A stretch of 64,000 nt of DNA from Thermoanaerobaculaceae bacterium (GCA_963778565.1 CAVZUZ010000012.1:1400827-1464826); one strand, 5' to 3'. Shown: positions 20,682 through 31,209, counted from the first letter of the stretch. The notes: generated from the letters alone by a model not told the origin. Numbers and translations: made by a program.

Positions 20682-21692
20682 ATGACGATTCCCGCCTCGA
20701 CAGGCTCCATCCGCGAGGGCGCTGACCGCACCTGCCGCTTCCGGCCGATCGAGGCCGGCGGCTTTCGGGTGGCCCTCGAAGTGACCCGCCGCTGCAACCT
20801 CGCCTGTCTCCATTGCTTCGTGCCCAACGAGCCGCGCGATCCGGCCCTCCCGACATTGCTGGGCGTGCTGGGCGCCCTCGCCGGGCTCGGAGGCCGCAAA
20901 GTCATCCTGACCGGTGGCGAGCCCCTGCTCCGGGCCGACCTCGAGGAGATCATCCGCGCCGCCGCCGGCGCAGGCATGGGGGTCGACCTGAACAGCAACC
21001 TCCTGGGCCTGGACGATCGACGGGCGGACGCGCTCGTGGAGGCGGGCCTGGGCGAGGCAAGCGTGAGCTTCTACGGCGATCGGGACTTCCACGACCGGTT
21101 CGTGCGCCGCGCCGGGGCCTTCGACGAGGCGCTCGCGGCCTGTCACCGGCTGCGTGAGCGGCGCGTCGATCTCGACGTCCACGGGCCCGTCTGGGCCGGT
21201 AACCTCGGCTTCGCGGCAACGATCCACGACCTGGCGTGCTCGATGGGCGCCAAGAGCCTCACCCTCTTCCGCGTCATCGGGCTCGCCGGCACCGAGAACG
21301 GCAGGGTCTTCGCGGCGACCCGGTTCGGCGCCCATGTCGACGGCTTCGGCTCGCCGCCCGAGGACGAGCTGCGGCTGGCCATCCAATCCCTGCGGGAGAA
21401 GGCCCGGCTCCCCGTCCGGACGATCGGTTTCTGGGGCGACGACGTCTGCCGCGAGTGCGAGCAGGGAAGGTCGATCGTAGGCCTCGATTCGAATCTCAAC
21501 CTCTCCCCCTGCCTCCTCTCCCGGCGGCTCGAGCCGCTGCGGCGGACGGTCACGCAAGAGACGCTGGCAACGACCCTCGGAGCGCTCCGGGACGAGGTCC
21601 GGCGAGGCCTCTGGGCTCCGGTCTGCGTGCCGCCGCGGGAGGACGCGGCGACGGGGACCGGCGCGGCGGAGAGGGTGGAAGACGCGCGATGA
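20682..21692 (+). CDS. radical SAM/SPASM-domain protein (rSAM-2), paralog of rSAM-1
   Basis: CNLACLHC motif; C-terminal CRECEQGRSIVGLDSNLNLSPC; start ATG 20682 has GGAGGAT RBS (alternative ATG 20661); stop overlaps next gene. Confidence 0.75.
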   Translation: MTIPASTGSIREGADRTCRFRPIEAGGFRVALEVTRRCNLACLHCFVPNEPRDPALPTLLGVLGALAGLGGRKVILTGGEPLLRADLEEIIRAAAGAGMGVDLNSNLLGLDDRRADALVEAGLGEASVSFYGDRDFHDRFVRRAGAFDEALAACHRLRERRVDLDVHGPVWAGNLGFAATIHDLACSMGAKSLTLFRVIGLAGTENGRVFAATRFGAHVDGFGSPPEDELRLAIQSLREKARLPVRTIGFWGDDVCRECEQGRSIVGLDSNLNLSPCLLSRRLEPLRRTVTQETLATTLGALRDEVRRGLWAPVCVPPREDAATGTGAAERVEDAR

Positions 21693-23906
21693 GGGCCCTG
21701 CCCATCCGGGTCCTGGCCATGATCTACCCGATCGAGCGGCACGTGGGGCATTGGGCCTGCCCGTCACCTTCGATCGACCTGGTCAGAGTGCTGATGGAGG
21801 GGGAGGACCTCGAGGGCCGGGTGCTGGAGGCCGTCAGACGGCACGATCCGCAGGTGGTCGCCATCATCGGCAAGCGACCCGGAGAGTATCTCGATCTCCT
21901 GGACCGGCTCGCGCCGCGCGTGCCCTCGCTGGCCCGCGTACCGCGGGTCTATCGCTGCCAGAACACGGTGCTCGCGGCGCGCCTGGGAAGCGGCGGGCCG
22001 GCACCGGCCCGGGAGGAGCTGGCCGCCCTCAGCCACTGGTTCGCGTTCGCCTGCGATCCCCGGTTTTCGCTCGTTCTGGTGCAGACCCTGGACGACGTCG
22101 AGCTGATCGCGCGGGCCCTGGCGCCGACCCGGGTCGCGCCATGCCCCTACGGCTACGACCCGGCGGTTTTCGATCCGGAGCTTCCCCGAGCTGCAACGGT
22201 CCGTCGACGTCGGGTGCTACTTCAAGCTGCGCGACGATCCGCGGCGCCGGCGCCTGGTCGAGACCGCCGAGAGGATCTGCCGGCGGCGCGGCTGGACGTT
22301 CCTTTTCGTCGAGGGCCGCTACGGGCACGACTACGCCCGCCAGATCCGCGAGACGAAGGTTTGTCTCCACCTCTCGGGCCTGCGGGAAGTCCCGTTCCGG
22401 ATGTACGAGACGACCGCGCTCGGGGCGCTCTTCCTGACGGATCCGCTCCGTTGCCGGGTCGAGACGCTGTTCGAGCGGGGCCTGGAATACCTCACCTACC
22501 GGCCCGACCTCTCGGACCTCGAGGAAGTCCTGGAATCGGTGCTTCTGGATTCTCGACGGCGGCAGGAGATTGCCCGGCGGGGGAAGGCGAGGGCGGCCGC
22601 GTACGCCTGGCCGGGCATCGCGGAGCGCTGGGTGGTGCCGGCCCTCGATTCGATCCTGGCCGCCACTCCCGCCATCGATCCCACCGAGCACTTCCGGGGC
22701 GAGGTCGGGCCGATCGAGCACCCGGAGCTGCAGGAATGCGGGATCGATATCCGCAACATCGGCTGGACCCTCGGCAACGAGTGCCCCTACCGCTGCACGC
22801 ACTGCTATTCCATGTCCGCTCGGCGCAAGGGCAGGGATCTGTCGGTGCCGCTCGTCGATCGGATCGTCGACCAGTTGGCCCGCAACGGCGTCGAGACGGT
22901 CAACCTGGGGGGCAATGAGCCGCTCTTCACCAACGGGCCGGATCCCCGGCACAGCCTGCTTCACTACATCATCGAGAGGCTGGCCGGCGCGGGGATCAAG
23001 GTCGGCCTCACCACGGCCGGCATCACGCTCGTCCAACTGGTCCGGCACCATCCCGAGGCCGCCCGCCGGCTCAACGACGTCGACGTCAGCCTCGATTCCC
23101 CCTTCGCGGAGGAGCACGACCGCAACCGCGGCGCTCGCCTCTATCCGCAGGCGATCGAGGCGCTGGAGATCTGCGGCAGGTTGGGCGTGGACCGCTCGAT
23201 CATCATGTGCGGCATGAGTTGGAACTTCACCCCTCGCCACCTCCGGGCCCTGGTGAGCGTGGCCCGCCGTCACCAGGCCCACGTCCGGATCAATCCGCTC
23301 AAGCCCGTCGAGCCCGGCCACGCCGCCTCCGCCCTCGAGCCCGGCCAGTACTACGCCGGGTTCTCGCTGCTCATGGACCTGTGCGACCCCGTCGACCTCG
23401 GCGAGCCGCCCCTGGCGACGATGATGCGGTTTCAAGGGGCGCGCGGCTGCCCCTGCGGCCGGACGTCCTTGCGGATCCATTCCATCACGCCCGAAGGCCG
23501 GGTCCCGGTCTCGCCCTGCGTCTACCTGCACGACTACAAGGTCGGCGACCTTGCGACGGACGAGCTGTACGACATCGTCCGGTCACCGCAGTTCCGCTCC
23601 TTCCGGCAACGCAACGCGAACCCGCACGTCATCCCCGGTTGCGAGGGCTGCCCCGTGCTCGACTTCTGCCGGGGAGGATGCGCTGCCCGGTCCTACCTCC
23701 ATCACGCGCACGCGACCGGCGAGCGCTCCCTTTTCCAGCGCGATCCCTACTGCCCGGTGGAGATCGCTCCCGGAGACCCCTTCCCGGTCGAGCCCCGCCT
23801 GCCCCGGGATATGGTCCTCGTCCATCGGGACTATCTCTGCACCTGGATCGGCACGCCCAAGGCCATGGCGCCGGAGGCATCCCGGGAGGCATCTCCATGC
23901 ATGTGA
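21689..23906 (+). CDS. CgeB-like glycosyltransferase fused to radical SAM/SPASM domain (rSAM-3), apparent frameshift near 22190
   Basis: N-terminal frame (from ATG 21689) MRALPIRVLAMIYP...; after a 1-nt offset near 22185-22195 the frame of ORF 22401..23906 is open upstream and reads ...VDVGCYFKLRDDPRRRRLVETAERICRRRGWTFLFVEGRYGHDYARQIRETKVCLHLSGLREVPFRMYETTALGALFLTD (CgeB-family GT motif R.YE..A.GA.L.TD) continuing without stop into CPYRCTHC radical SAM core and Cys-rich SPASM tail. Confidence 0.6.
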
Positions 23907-24967
23907 TGACGCTCGACGATCTCGAGACCTACACGAAACCGCTCTGCTCGGCACCCCAGTACGCGCGGAAGGTCGAGAACTTCCGCCGAGTCGAGCGCTC
24001 CTTCCTGCGGCGGGACGAGCGCTGCGAGGGCCGGCCGGTCCACCTTCACCTGGAAGCGACGGGAGACTGCAACCTGCCCTGTCCCATCTGCCCGCGGGGC
24101 CGCGGCCACATCGAACGCACCGGGCATCTCCCCTTCGACGTTTTCGAGAAGCTGTTCTCGGAGCTGTCGGACGGGCTCTGCAACATCGTCATCAGCGGTT
24201 GGGGAGAGCCGCTCCTCAACCCGGCGACGACGGCGATGATCGCCCACGCGACCCGCCACGCGGTCCCGGTCTTCCTGAACACCAACGGGACGGTCCTCGC
24301 CGGCAGAGTGGAGGAGCTCCTGGACGCCAGGCTGACCCTGGTGAACGTCTCCATCGACGGCGCCGTCTCGCGGAGCACGCACGTCTACACGCAGGCCGCT
24401 CCGTTCGAGCGGGTGATCGAAGGCGTCGCCCGGCTGCGGCAGGCGAAGGACCGCCGCGGCTGCCGCCATCCTGTCATTCACGGCCAGTTCATCGTCAACG
24501 AGGGTACCGTCGACGAGATCGAGCCGTTGACGAAGTGGGCCTTCGACCTCGGCGTCGATCACGTCAAGTTCAAGCGCCGGCACCACACCATGCCGGGGCA
24601 GGAGGAGAGGAGCAAAGTGCTGTCCGTCGACAAGCTGCTGGAGATCACGCAGCGGCGAAGGCTGGAGAGCTGGCGAGAGGACCTCGGCTTCTCCCACGTC
24701 ACCTGCGCCCATCCGTGGCACTCGGTCTACCTCGGGTGCACGGGGAAGCTCGGCCTTTGCAGTTGGGATCCCCATCAGGTCGTGACCCTGGGCAGCACGG
24801 ATGAAGACTTCGAGTCGATCTGGAACGGCGACGCGATGCGAACGGTCAGGAGATGGCATACGGGGAGGGACCCGGAGGTCGGCGACCCGTGCCTGAAGTG
24901 CAACCGCCTGCCGGGCTACCTGCACCACGAGGACGCGGGCGAGCGGGAGCCCACGGCGCACGTTTAG
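23897..24967 (+). CDS. radical SAM/SPASM-domain protein (rSAM-4)
   Basis: start ATG 23897 after GGGAGG; CNLPCPIC motif; C-terminal CAHPWHSVYLGCTGKLGLCSWD...CLKCN SPASM motif. Confidence 0.8.
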   Translation: MHVMTLDDLETYTKPLCSAPQYARKVENFRRVERSFLRRDERCEGRPVHLHLEATGDCNLPCPICPRGRGHIERTGHLPFDVFEKLFSELSDGLCNIVISGWGEPLLNPATTAMIAHATRHAVPVFLNTNGTVLAGRVEELLDARLTLVNVSIDGAVSRSTHVYTQAAPFERVIEGVARLRQAKDRRGCRHPVIHGQFIVNEGTVDEIEPLTKWAFDLGVDHVKFKRRHHTMPGQEERSKVLSVDKLLEITQRRRLESWREDLGFSHVTCAHPWHSVYLGCTGKLGLCSWDPHQVVTLGSTDEDFESIWNGDAMRTVRRWHTGRDPEVGDPCLKCNRLPGYLHHEDAGEREPTAHV

Positions 24968-24993
24968 CGCGCCGCGAGAGGACGTTCGGCAAG

Positions 24994-25998
24994 GTGAGCG
25001 AGACGACTGCGGGGCGGCGGGTCCTGTTGGCCGGCCACCGAGCCTACTCCGCTCGGGGGCTGAGGGAGCTCCTGTGCCGGCAGGGCCACGAGGTCGTCGG
25101 CTTCAGCAGGGGGCCGGTGGAAAGGCAGGACTTCACGGCGACCGGCCCGGTCGACGGGCTCGATCGCCATCCGCGTCTCCGGGAGACGTTCGATACCCTG
25201 ATCAATTTCGTCGTCCTCAGGTTCGAGAGCCGGCACCGCAATCTCGCCTACCTGGACGCGGTGCTGCGGTTCTGCCGCAGCCACCGGGTAGGGCATCTGA
25301 TCCACATCTCTTCGATGAGCGTGTACCGCGACTCGGTGCGCCTGGTCACGGAACGGGCGGCGACGCAGCCCGCGCCGGCCGGGAGCGCCACCTATGCGGC
25401 GATCAAGCTCGCCGGCGAGACTCGCCTGCGCGACAACCTCCCCGCCGGGACGCGGCTGACGCTCATCCGTCCCGCGTGCATCCTGAGCGCCGACATGCCC
25501 CACCCGCTGGGCAGCGTGGGGGAGCGCCTGGCCTCCGGGAAGGTGCTGGTGCTGGGCAGGCCTTCCCGGCAGCGGCCGGTGATCGGCCGCAGCGTCCTGC
25601 AGCGCGCTCTCGGCCGTCTCGTCTCTTCGCCTCCGGTGGGGAGCCACGAGGTTCTCCTCTTCGTCGACCGGAACTCCCCGACGTGCATGGAGTACCTTCA
25701 GGCCTGCTGCGAGCTCCTGGGAAGCGGCACCGGCGCGGTCTCGCGCCCCGCTCCGGTCTGGATCGCCCGCCTTCTCCTCCGCGAGCTGCGGCGAGGCGGA
25801 CGTCCGCCGCGGCAGGCCGTCGCCAGGGGGCTGTCCACGGTCCGCCAGCGGTGGACCGGGCAACGGTACGACCCCCGCTGGACGGAGGAACGGCTCGGCA
25901 TGCCGCTCGCCACCCGCTGGCTCGACGAGCTGGCGGGAGCCTCCGATCATCAGATCGCCGCCGGCTCCACCGGCTGCCGGCGGGCGGCCGAGTCGTAG
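24994..25998 (+). CDS. NAD-dependent epimerase/dehydratase family protein
   Basis: GTG 24994 start; VLLAGHRAYSARGLRELLCRQGHEVVGF Rossmann-like N-terminus; length and composition consistent with SDR-extended sugar epimerases; start uncertain. Confidence 0.45.
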   Translation: MSETTAGRRVLLAGHRAYSARGLRELLCRQGHEVVGFSRGPVERQDFTATGPVDGLDRHPRLRETFDTLINFVVLRFESRHRNLAYLDAVLRFCRSHRVGHLIHISSMSVYRDSVRLVTERAATQPAPAGSATYAAIKLAGETRLRDNLPAGTRLTLIRPACILSADMPHPLGSVGERLASGKVLVLGRPSRQRPVIGRSVLQRALGRLVSSPPVGSHEVLLFVDRNSPTCMEYLQACCELLGSGTGAVSRPAPVWIARLLLRELRRGGRPPRQAVARGLSTVRQRWTGQRYDPRWTEERLGMPLATRWLDELAGASDHQIAAGSTGCRRAAES

Positions 25999-26981
25999 GC
26001 GGCCTCGATGACGGCCAGGGCCCGAATGGCGTCCGCGGGACCGGCCCGCAGCGGCGCCCCTGCCCTGAGATGGTCGGCGAAGTTCTCGAGCAGGCGGATC
26101 TTCATGTCCGCGACGCTGAGCCGCGGCAGCTCGTATTCCCGCAGGAAGCGGATGCGGTCGAAGCACTTCAGCGGGCTGCCCAGCTCGAGAAAACCGTCGG
26201 TGCCCATCACCACGTCCTTCGGCCCCGCGATGGGAAACCGGCCCACGCCGTAGGCGCAACAGGCCGCCTCGATCACGCCCAGCGCGCCGCTGCGGTAGCG
26301 GAGATCGACCAGGGCAATGTCCTCCACCTCGACCTCGTGGTGCAGCGTCGCCGTGCGGGCGAAGACGTCCGCCACTTCCAGGCCGGTGACCCAGGCCATC
26401 AGGTCGACCTGGTGGATGCCGTTCATCAGCAGCACGCCGCCGCCGCTCGTCTCCTTCCTGCTCCGCCAGGACGATGGATATTCCTCGCAGCGCATGCCGT
26501 GCTCCCAGTAGGCCCTGGATTTGTAGCCGAGCGCGGAGACACGGGTGAAGACGGTGCTGCCCAGCGTCCCCTCGGAGAGGATCTCCCGGGCCCGCTCGGC
26601 AGAGGGAAGAAAGCGGCGCTCGAGCCAGGGCGCAATGCTGACTCCGCACTCCCGGCCGACCTCCACCAGCTCCCGGGCCTGGCCGACGTTCAGGGTGAAC
26701 GGCTTCTCGAGGAGAACGTGTTTGCCGGCGCGCGCGGCCCGGGTCGCCATCTCCAGGTGAAGGTGGTGCGGCACGGCCAGCGAGACGGCCTCGATCGCCG
26801 GGTCCTCGAGCAGGCGTTCGGGCTCCGAGGTCCAAGGTAGGCCGAAACGCTCTCCCAGCATCTTGGCGGCCCTCGGCTCGGCGTCGGCAACCATGCGGAA
26901 GCTCGACCCGCGGGGATTCCCGCATCGCCTGGGCGTGGAGCTTGCCTGCCGCTCCGCAGCCGACGAGTCCCGTCCGAATGG
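25950..26981 (-). CDS. Gfo/Idh/MocA-family oxidoreductase (WbpB-like sugar dehydrogenase), apparent frameshift near 26895; continuous in-frame with upstream DegT gene
   Basis: N-terminal Rossmann TGLVGCGAAGKLHAQAMRESPRVEL in the 1283-aa ORF frame (TTG 26981 with GGGAGGAGAG RBS), then frame break; ORF 25950..26894 continues MVADAEPRAAKMLGERFGLPW...HLHLEMATRAARAGKHVLLEKP (Gfo/Idh/MocA EKP motif). Confidence 0.65.
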   Translation of the reverse strand, partial: PFGRDSSAAERQASSTPRRCGNPRGSSFRMVADAEPRAAKMLGERFGLPWTSEPERLLEDPAIEAVSLAVPHHLHLEMATRAARAGKHVLLEKPFTLNVGQARELVEVGRECGVSIAPWLERRFLPSAERAREILSEGTLGSTVFTRVSALGYKSRAYWEHGMRCEEYPSSWRSRKETSGGGVLLMNGIHQVDLMAWVTGLEVADVFARTATLHHEVEVEDIALVDLRYRSGALGVIEAACCAYGVGRFPIAGPKDVVMGTDGFLELGSPLKCFDRIRFLREYELPRLSVADMKIRLLENFADHLRAGAPLRAGPADAIRALAVIEAAYDSAARRQPVEPAAI

Positions 26982-28149
26982 GCTCGCTCAAGCGCGGCTC
27001 TCCTCCCGGAGCCGATCGAGCGTCTCGAGGATCACGCCGGCATACCGGTCCACGAGCTTCCGGCTCGTAGGCCGTGAAGGCGTCGAGGAAGAACACCCGC
27101 CGCATGACGTCCTCGGCCGTGAGCCACGGCCCGCCCGGCCGCAGGTGGCCGGCCAGCGAAGGCAGATCGGCGAGGTAGCCGGCGACCCTTCGCGCGCGGA
27201 CGCCGCGGGCCTGCAAGGCGTCCACGAGCCGGTCGCGGAGGGCGCCGCTCGCGCCAGCGGCCAGCAGCAGCTCGTTGCGGAAGTAGACGCGGCCGGCGGG
27301 CGGGCGATCCAGGTTGGCGAAGCATCCTCGCTCGCGAAGGCGAGCCCGCAGGTGCTCGCACGCCCGCTTGCGCACGGCGGCCTGCTCCGGCAGGTCCTTC
27401 AGGGACTCATGCGCCAGGGCCACGAGGATCGGGGAAGGGATGAGCTTGAAGCCACGGCCGACGCCGGCGAGCGCCCTCCTTTCAGGCGGCGCCGCCAGCA
27501 GCCGGCGCGGATGGCCGAGCTCCATGGCCCGATAGTACAGGTCGTCGCGGTCGGTCAGCAGGGCCCCTCCCTCGCCGCCGGAGACGAGCTTCGCCGCCTG
27601 GAAGCTGCAAAAGGACACGTCGCCATAGCTCCCGACCGGCCGCCCGCCGAAAGCGGCGCCGTGGGCGTGCGAGACGTCCTCGACCAGCGCCAGGCCGTGC
27701 TCGTCGCACAGGGCCCGCAGCTCGTCCAGGCGCAACGCTTCGCCGAACATGTGCGTCACGACGACGGCCCGCACCGTGCCGTCCAGCAGGCGGCGCACCG
27801 CTTCCGGGTCGATGTGGCAGGTGTCGGGCAAGACATCGGCCAGGGCGACGCGCGCTCCGCACTGCACGGCCGGCAGCACGGAGGCCCAGTGCCCGATCGC
27901 CGACGCGATCACCGTGTCGCCCGGGCCGACGCCCAACGCCTTCAGGGCCGAGAAACAGGCCGACGTGCCGTTGACGCAACTCAGCGCACGGCGGACGCCG
28001 AAGAGCGCGGCCACGTCCCGCTCGAACGCCTCGAGCGTCTCCGGATGCCAGGACGTGGCTCCGGCCTGCAGGAGCCCGGCCACCCGTTCGAGAGCCCGGC
28101 TGCCGATCCGGGGCCATTGGAAGAACGCGGCTTCGTCCTCAAGGCTCAT
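26982..28149 (-). CDS. DegT/DnrJ/EryC1/StrS-family PLP-dependent sugar aminotransferase (WbpE-like); no stop before the Gfo/Idh/MocA domain (possible fusion)
   Basis: ATG 28149 after GGGAGG RBS; MSLEDEAAFFQWP...GDTVIASAIGHWAS...DVSHAHGAAF...SFQAAKLVSGGEGGAL (PLP-lysine region); 389 aa to the start of the oxidoreductase domain with no intervening stop codon. Confidence 0.7.
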
Positions 28150-29030
28150 GGGAGACAGACCTCCCTGCCATCCTGCCTGCTGCGGGCGGCCTTTCTTTCG
28201 ATATCGTGCCACAATTGACCCAGGGTCTGAGATTCTATCCCTCTCGACAAGGTGAGATGTCGAAGCAGCCGATCGAAGCCTTCCACCTTGCCGCCGTCTT
28301 TCGCGGACGACGGTCCGTCTTTCCCCACCCTCAGAAAAGAGAAACTGTGGGCCGCAAAGGTCAGGTATCCATACCCGATGCTCAGGGCTTCGTCCGCAAA
28401 CGCCGCCAGCAATTCGGCAGGCCCCTTGTCGATATCGAATTTCATCCTGCGGGGTGCACCGTTTGCGTCCGCTACATTGAACCATGAGATCGGCAACTCC
28501 CATGAGCCATCGCGTTCCGCCAGCTCGAATTTCGTCCAATCGACATGGCAGTACCTGTGGCCGTAGAGGCTCGAGCTGTCCAAATGGATCCCGTTCTCCC
28601 TCAGCGCCACGATCGACTCCTCGTTCGCCGCGTAATACCCGGCCCGGTGGGCGACCACTCTCCTGCCCGTCCACGCCTCGAGCTTCTCCTTGCCATGGCC
28701 GATGAGCTCGGTCTGCTCCTGCAGCGGGCTGTCGCACAGGAACGGCTTTCCCGTCACGAACGACGGATGGGTGTGCAGTTGAACGTCGTGGCCCCTCGCG
28801 AGCATCTCGTCGCACATGGCGGCCATCAGCTTTTCACCGATGACCTTGTACTCGAACACATTGACGAAGAACGTTGCCCTGATCCCGTAACGCTCGCAGA
28901 TCTCCATCACCAGCGGAAAGCCGCAGTGCACGCCCTCGCACGTGCACCAGGCACCGTTCGGGTACTTCACCAGGGGTCCGGGCGCCTGGGTGAAATGCTC
29001 GGTGTCTATGGTTACGATCAGCTTGCTCAT
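28146..29030 (-). CDS. polysaccharide deacetylase-like (CE4-like) family protein
   Basis: 294 aa; IVTIDTEHF N-terminal motif and His-rich segments; stop overlaps DegT start (ATGA). Confidence 0.45.
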   Translation of the reverse strand: MSKLIVTIDTEHFTQAPGPLVKYPNGAWCTCEGVHCGFPLVMEICERYGIRATFFVNVFEYKVIGEKLMAAMCDEMLARGHDVQLHTHPSFVTGKPFLCDSPLQEQTELIGHGKEKLEAWTGRRVVAHRAGYYAANEESIVALRENGIHLDSSSLYGHRYCHVDWTKFELAERDGSWELPISWFNVADANGAPRRMKFDIDKGPAELLAAFADEALSIGYGYLTFAAHSFSFLRVGKDGPSSAKDGGKVEGFDRLLRHLTLSRGIESQTLGQLWHDIERKAARSRQDGREVCLP

Positions 29031-29926
29031 AGGCTCGCGAACACTGACCGCAACGCGGTCCCCACCACCGCCCTGGACAGCTCGTGGTTGACGTAATCGT
29101 GCGCCTCCACGTTGGCTTGCGGAGCGGATGACGTAATCTGCCTCATGGCCTCCAGGATGTCGTCATCGCATGCCGCCAGGCGGCAATGCGGATACGCGTA
29201 GCTGTAGATGACTTCCTTCCCTTTGCCCATGGCCTCGATCACCATCATGGAGAGCCCGTCATGTTCCGGGGTCCTCAGCAAGATGCTGCATTTGGCGTAC
29301 AGCGCAGCCATCTCCGGCCCCGACAGCCAGCCCCGGTAGTGAATGTTGTCGAGCGTCGGCTCTCCGGCCCCATCGTTGCCGGTTATGTAGAAGGGAATCC
29401 CGGGAAACCCCCTGGCGGCGGCAACCAGGCCGTCGATGCCGTAGAACCGCGACTTGCCCGTGGGCAGAAGGCTCACCACGGCATGCGCCGCGGGCGGCCG
29501 GTCCAACGCCATGTCCTGGTCGAAAGAGATGAGGGGGATGACGTCCGCGTGAATCCCATGGTCCCGCAATTCGGCGGCGATCCAGGGGGCGCACGCCAGG
29601 TGCCTGGTGATGGCTTCGTAACCCGCATCCTCATTCACAGGACCGAGCTCGAGCACATCGGAGCCGATCCAGTGATTGACGTACGGTTTCTTCGTCAGAG
29701 CTGCGAATCGCAGGTACTCGCTGCCGTGCTTGTTACGGCCGAGGTTGTACAACACGTCGGCGGCCTCCAGCAGATGGCTCTGAACCGAAAGCGGCACGTT
29801 CTTCTGAGCTTCAATGACCTGAAAGCCCTCGTGGCGCAGCAACCTGGCTACTTGCGGGGCCTGGCACGTATCGTGTCTGTAGTCCCCGATGAGACCGATT
29901 CTCGGCATATGGATTCCGATCATGGG
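29027..29926 (-). CDS. glycosyltransferase family 1 (GT4-like)
   Basis: C-terminal LLRTPEHDGLSMMVIEAMGKGKEVI matches the GT1 E-x7-E region; start chosen at internal ATG near the upstream gene stop. Confidence 0.6.
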   Translation of the reverse strand, partial: PMIGIHMPRIGLIGDYRHDTCQAPQVARLLRHEGFQVIEAQKNVPLSVQSHLLEAADVLYNLGRNKHGSEYLRFAALTKKPYVNHWIGSDVLELGPVNEDAGYEAITRHLACAPWIAAELRDHGIHADVIPLISFDQDMALDRPPAAHAVVSLLPTGKSRFYGIDGLVAAARGFPGIPFYITGNDGAGEPTLDNIHYRGWLSGPEMAALYAKCSILLRTPEHDGLSMMVIEAMGKGKEVIYSYAYPHCRLAACDDDILEAMRQITSSAPQANVEAHDYVNHELSRAVVGTALRSVFASL

Positions 29927-31170
29927 CCGATCTCGGCAGCCAGCGACCGTGACTCCACGATATTGTCCTCCATCGAGCAGTACTTCCAGCCTCCATACCT
30001 GCCGATGCTGTAAACACCCCGTGCGCACCACTCACGGTGGAAGCGCTCGTACAGCGCCCGGGACTCCGGAGTGATGTGGACATAGGCGGGGTCCATCACG
30101 ACATGATGATGTGAAACCAGGTTCTGCGTCGTGACGACGCCGGTCGCGGCGAGCCCGTCCAGGATGCCTTGAAGCGTATCTGCGAAGTCGATCTCGGCCT
30201 TCGCGCTGAAGCCGCTCTCCACGTAGAGGCTCATGCGATGGTGGGGAACGACGTTGTCGTAGTAGCCCACGCGATAGAACGGGTACTTCTTCTCGGGGAA
30301 GTACACCCAGTGCAGGCGATCGTTTCCTTTTGCGTCGAAGCCGAGGTTGAGGGCCAGGACCTTGCTGGCGGACAGGCGCCTCGCCGCCTCGGCCTCGCCG
30401 ACGCAGGCCAGCATCGTCGTAAGCGGGGCGGAGGAGACCAGGTAACGAAATGTAATCTCCCGTTGGTTCGTGGTGGCGACGCGCGCTTGCAGGTCGACCC
30501 TCTCCAGGCGCTCCCCATACGAGAGCCTGCCGCCATCCAGGTCTCGCAACAGGGCCTCGACGTACTGAAAGGCACCGTCCCGCGGGTACGTAAACGTGGT
30601 GTTGTAGGACTTGTCATCGGGCCGCTTGAAGTTCCTTATGATGTCGTCGACGCCGGCCGCCGGAAAAAACCTGCCCATGGCTTCCGGAGCCAAGGATGAA
30701 AGGTCCGTCGCCAGGATCTTTTCGTTGTAGGGCACGAGGAATCTTTCAGCGATCCCTTGCCCGAATCGCTCGTAGAGCATGGCCCTGAACCCGCAGGCCC
30801 CCTGCGGACTCTCTCTGAAATAGAGGTGATACAGGCAATCGATGAATTCCTGCTTGGGCAGTTGATGGATGTTCTTCTGAAAGGGATAATCGATGAAACG
30901 GCCCCGGTAATGGATGGCGGCGCATTTGTGGATGCGCACGACGGCATCAGGGGGCATTCTGGACAGCAGGAAGCTCTCGATACCCGCGTTGCGGAAATGA
31001 AAGAAGTGTCCTGAATAGTCCCAGGTGAATCCCGCCTGGTGAATGGTCTTGCAATACCCCCCGGGCTGAGGGTCTCTCTCGATGATCAGGTAATTGTCGG
31101 AAGCGAGGAAGTTGGCGAACGCCAACCCGGTGACCCCCGCGCCGACGATCAGGTAATCGACGTCGGCCAT
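29920..31170 (-). CDS. FAD-dependent oxidoreductase, UDP-galactopyranose-mutase-like/amine-oxidase-like fold
   Basis: 416 aa; DYLIVGAGVTGLAFANFL dinucleotide-binding motif; C-terminal GRYGGWKYCSMEDNIV resembles Glf-type flavoenzymes. Confidence 0.55.
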   Translation of the reverse strand: MADVDYLIVGAGVTGLAFANFLASDNYLIIERDPQPGGYCKTIHQAGFTWDYSGHFFHFRNAGIESFLLSRMPPDAVVRIHKCAAIHYRGRFIDYPFQKNIHQLPKQEFIDCLYHLYFRESPQGACGFRAMLYERFGQGIAERFLVPYNEKILATDLSSLAPEAMGRFFPAAGVDDIIRNFKRPDDKSYNTTFTYPRDGAFQYVEALLRDLDGGRLSYGERLERVDLQARVATTNQREITFRYLVSSAPLTTMLACVGEAEAARRLSASKVLALNLGFDAKGNDRLHWVYFPEKKYPFYRVGYYDNVVPHHRMSLYVESGFSAKAEIDFADTLQGILDGLAATGVVTTQNLVSHHHVVMDPAYVHITPESRALYERFHREWCARGVYSIGRYGGWKYCSMEDNIVESRSLAAEIGP

Positions 31171-31209
31171 TCGCTCAGTCCGTGCCGCCGGCGGCGTGGA
31201 ACGAATGGC

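Noticed and set aside
20355-23531. 470-aa and 500-aa minus-strand ORFs (20355..21767, 22029..23531)
   Set aside because: They are antisense to the rSAM genes and translate to R/P/G-rich sequence.
24964-28815. 1283-aa minus-strand ORF
   Set aside because: Only its central part (DegT and the start of the Gfo/Idh/MocA domain) is protein-like. The 5' and 3' portions are antisense to rSAM-4/epimerase and to the deacetylase and translate to low-complexity R/G/P-rich sequence.
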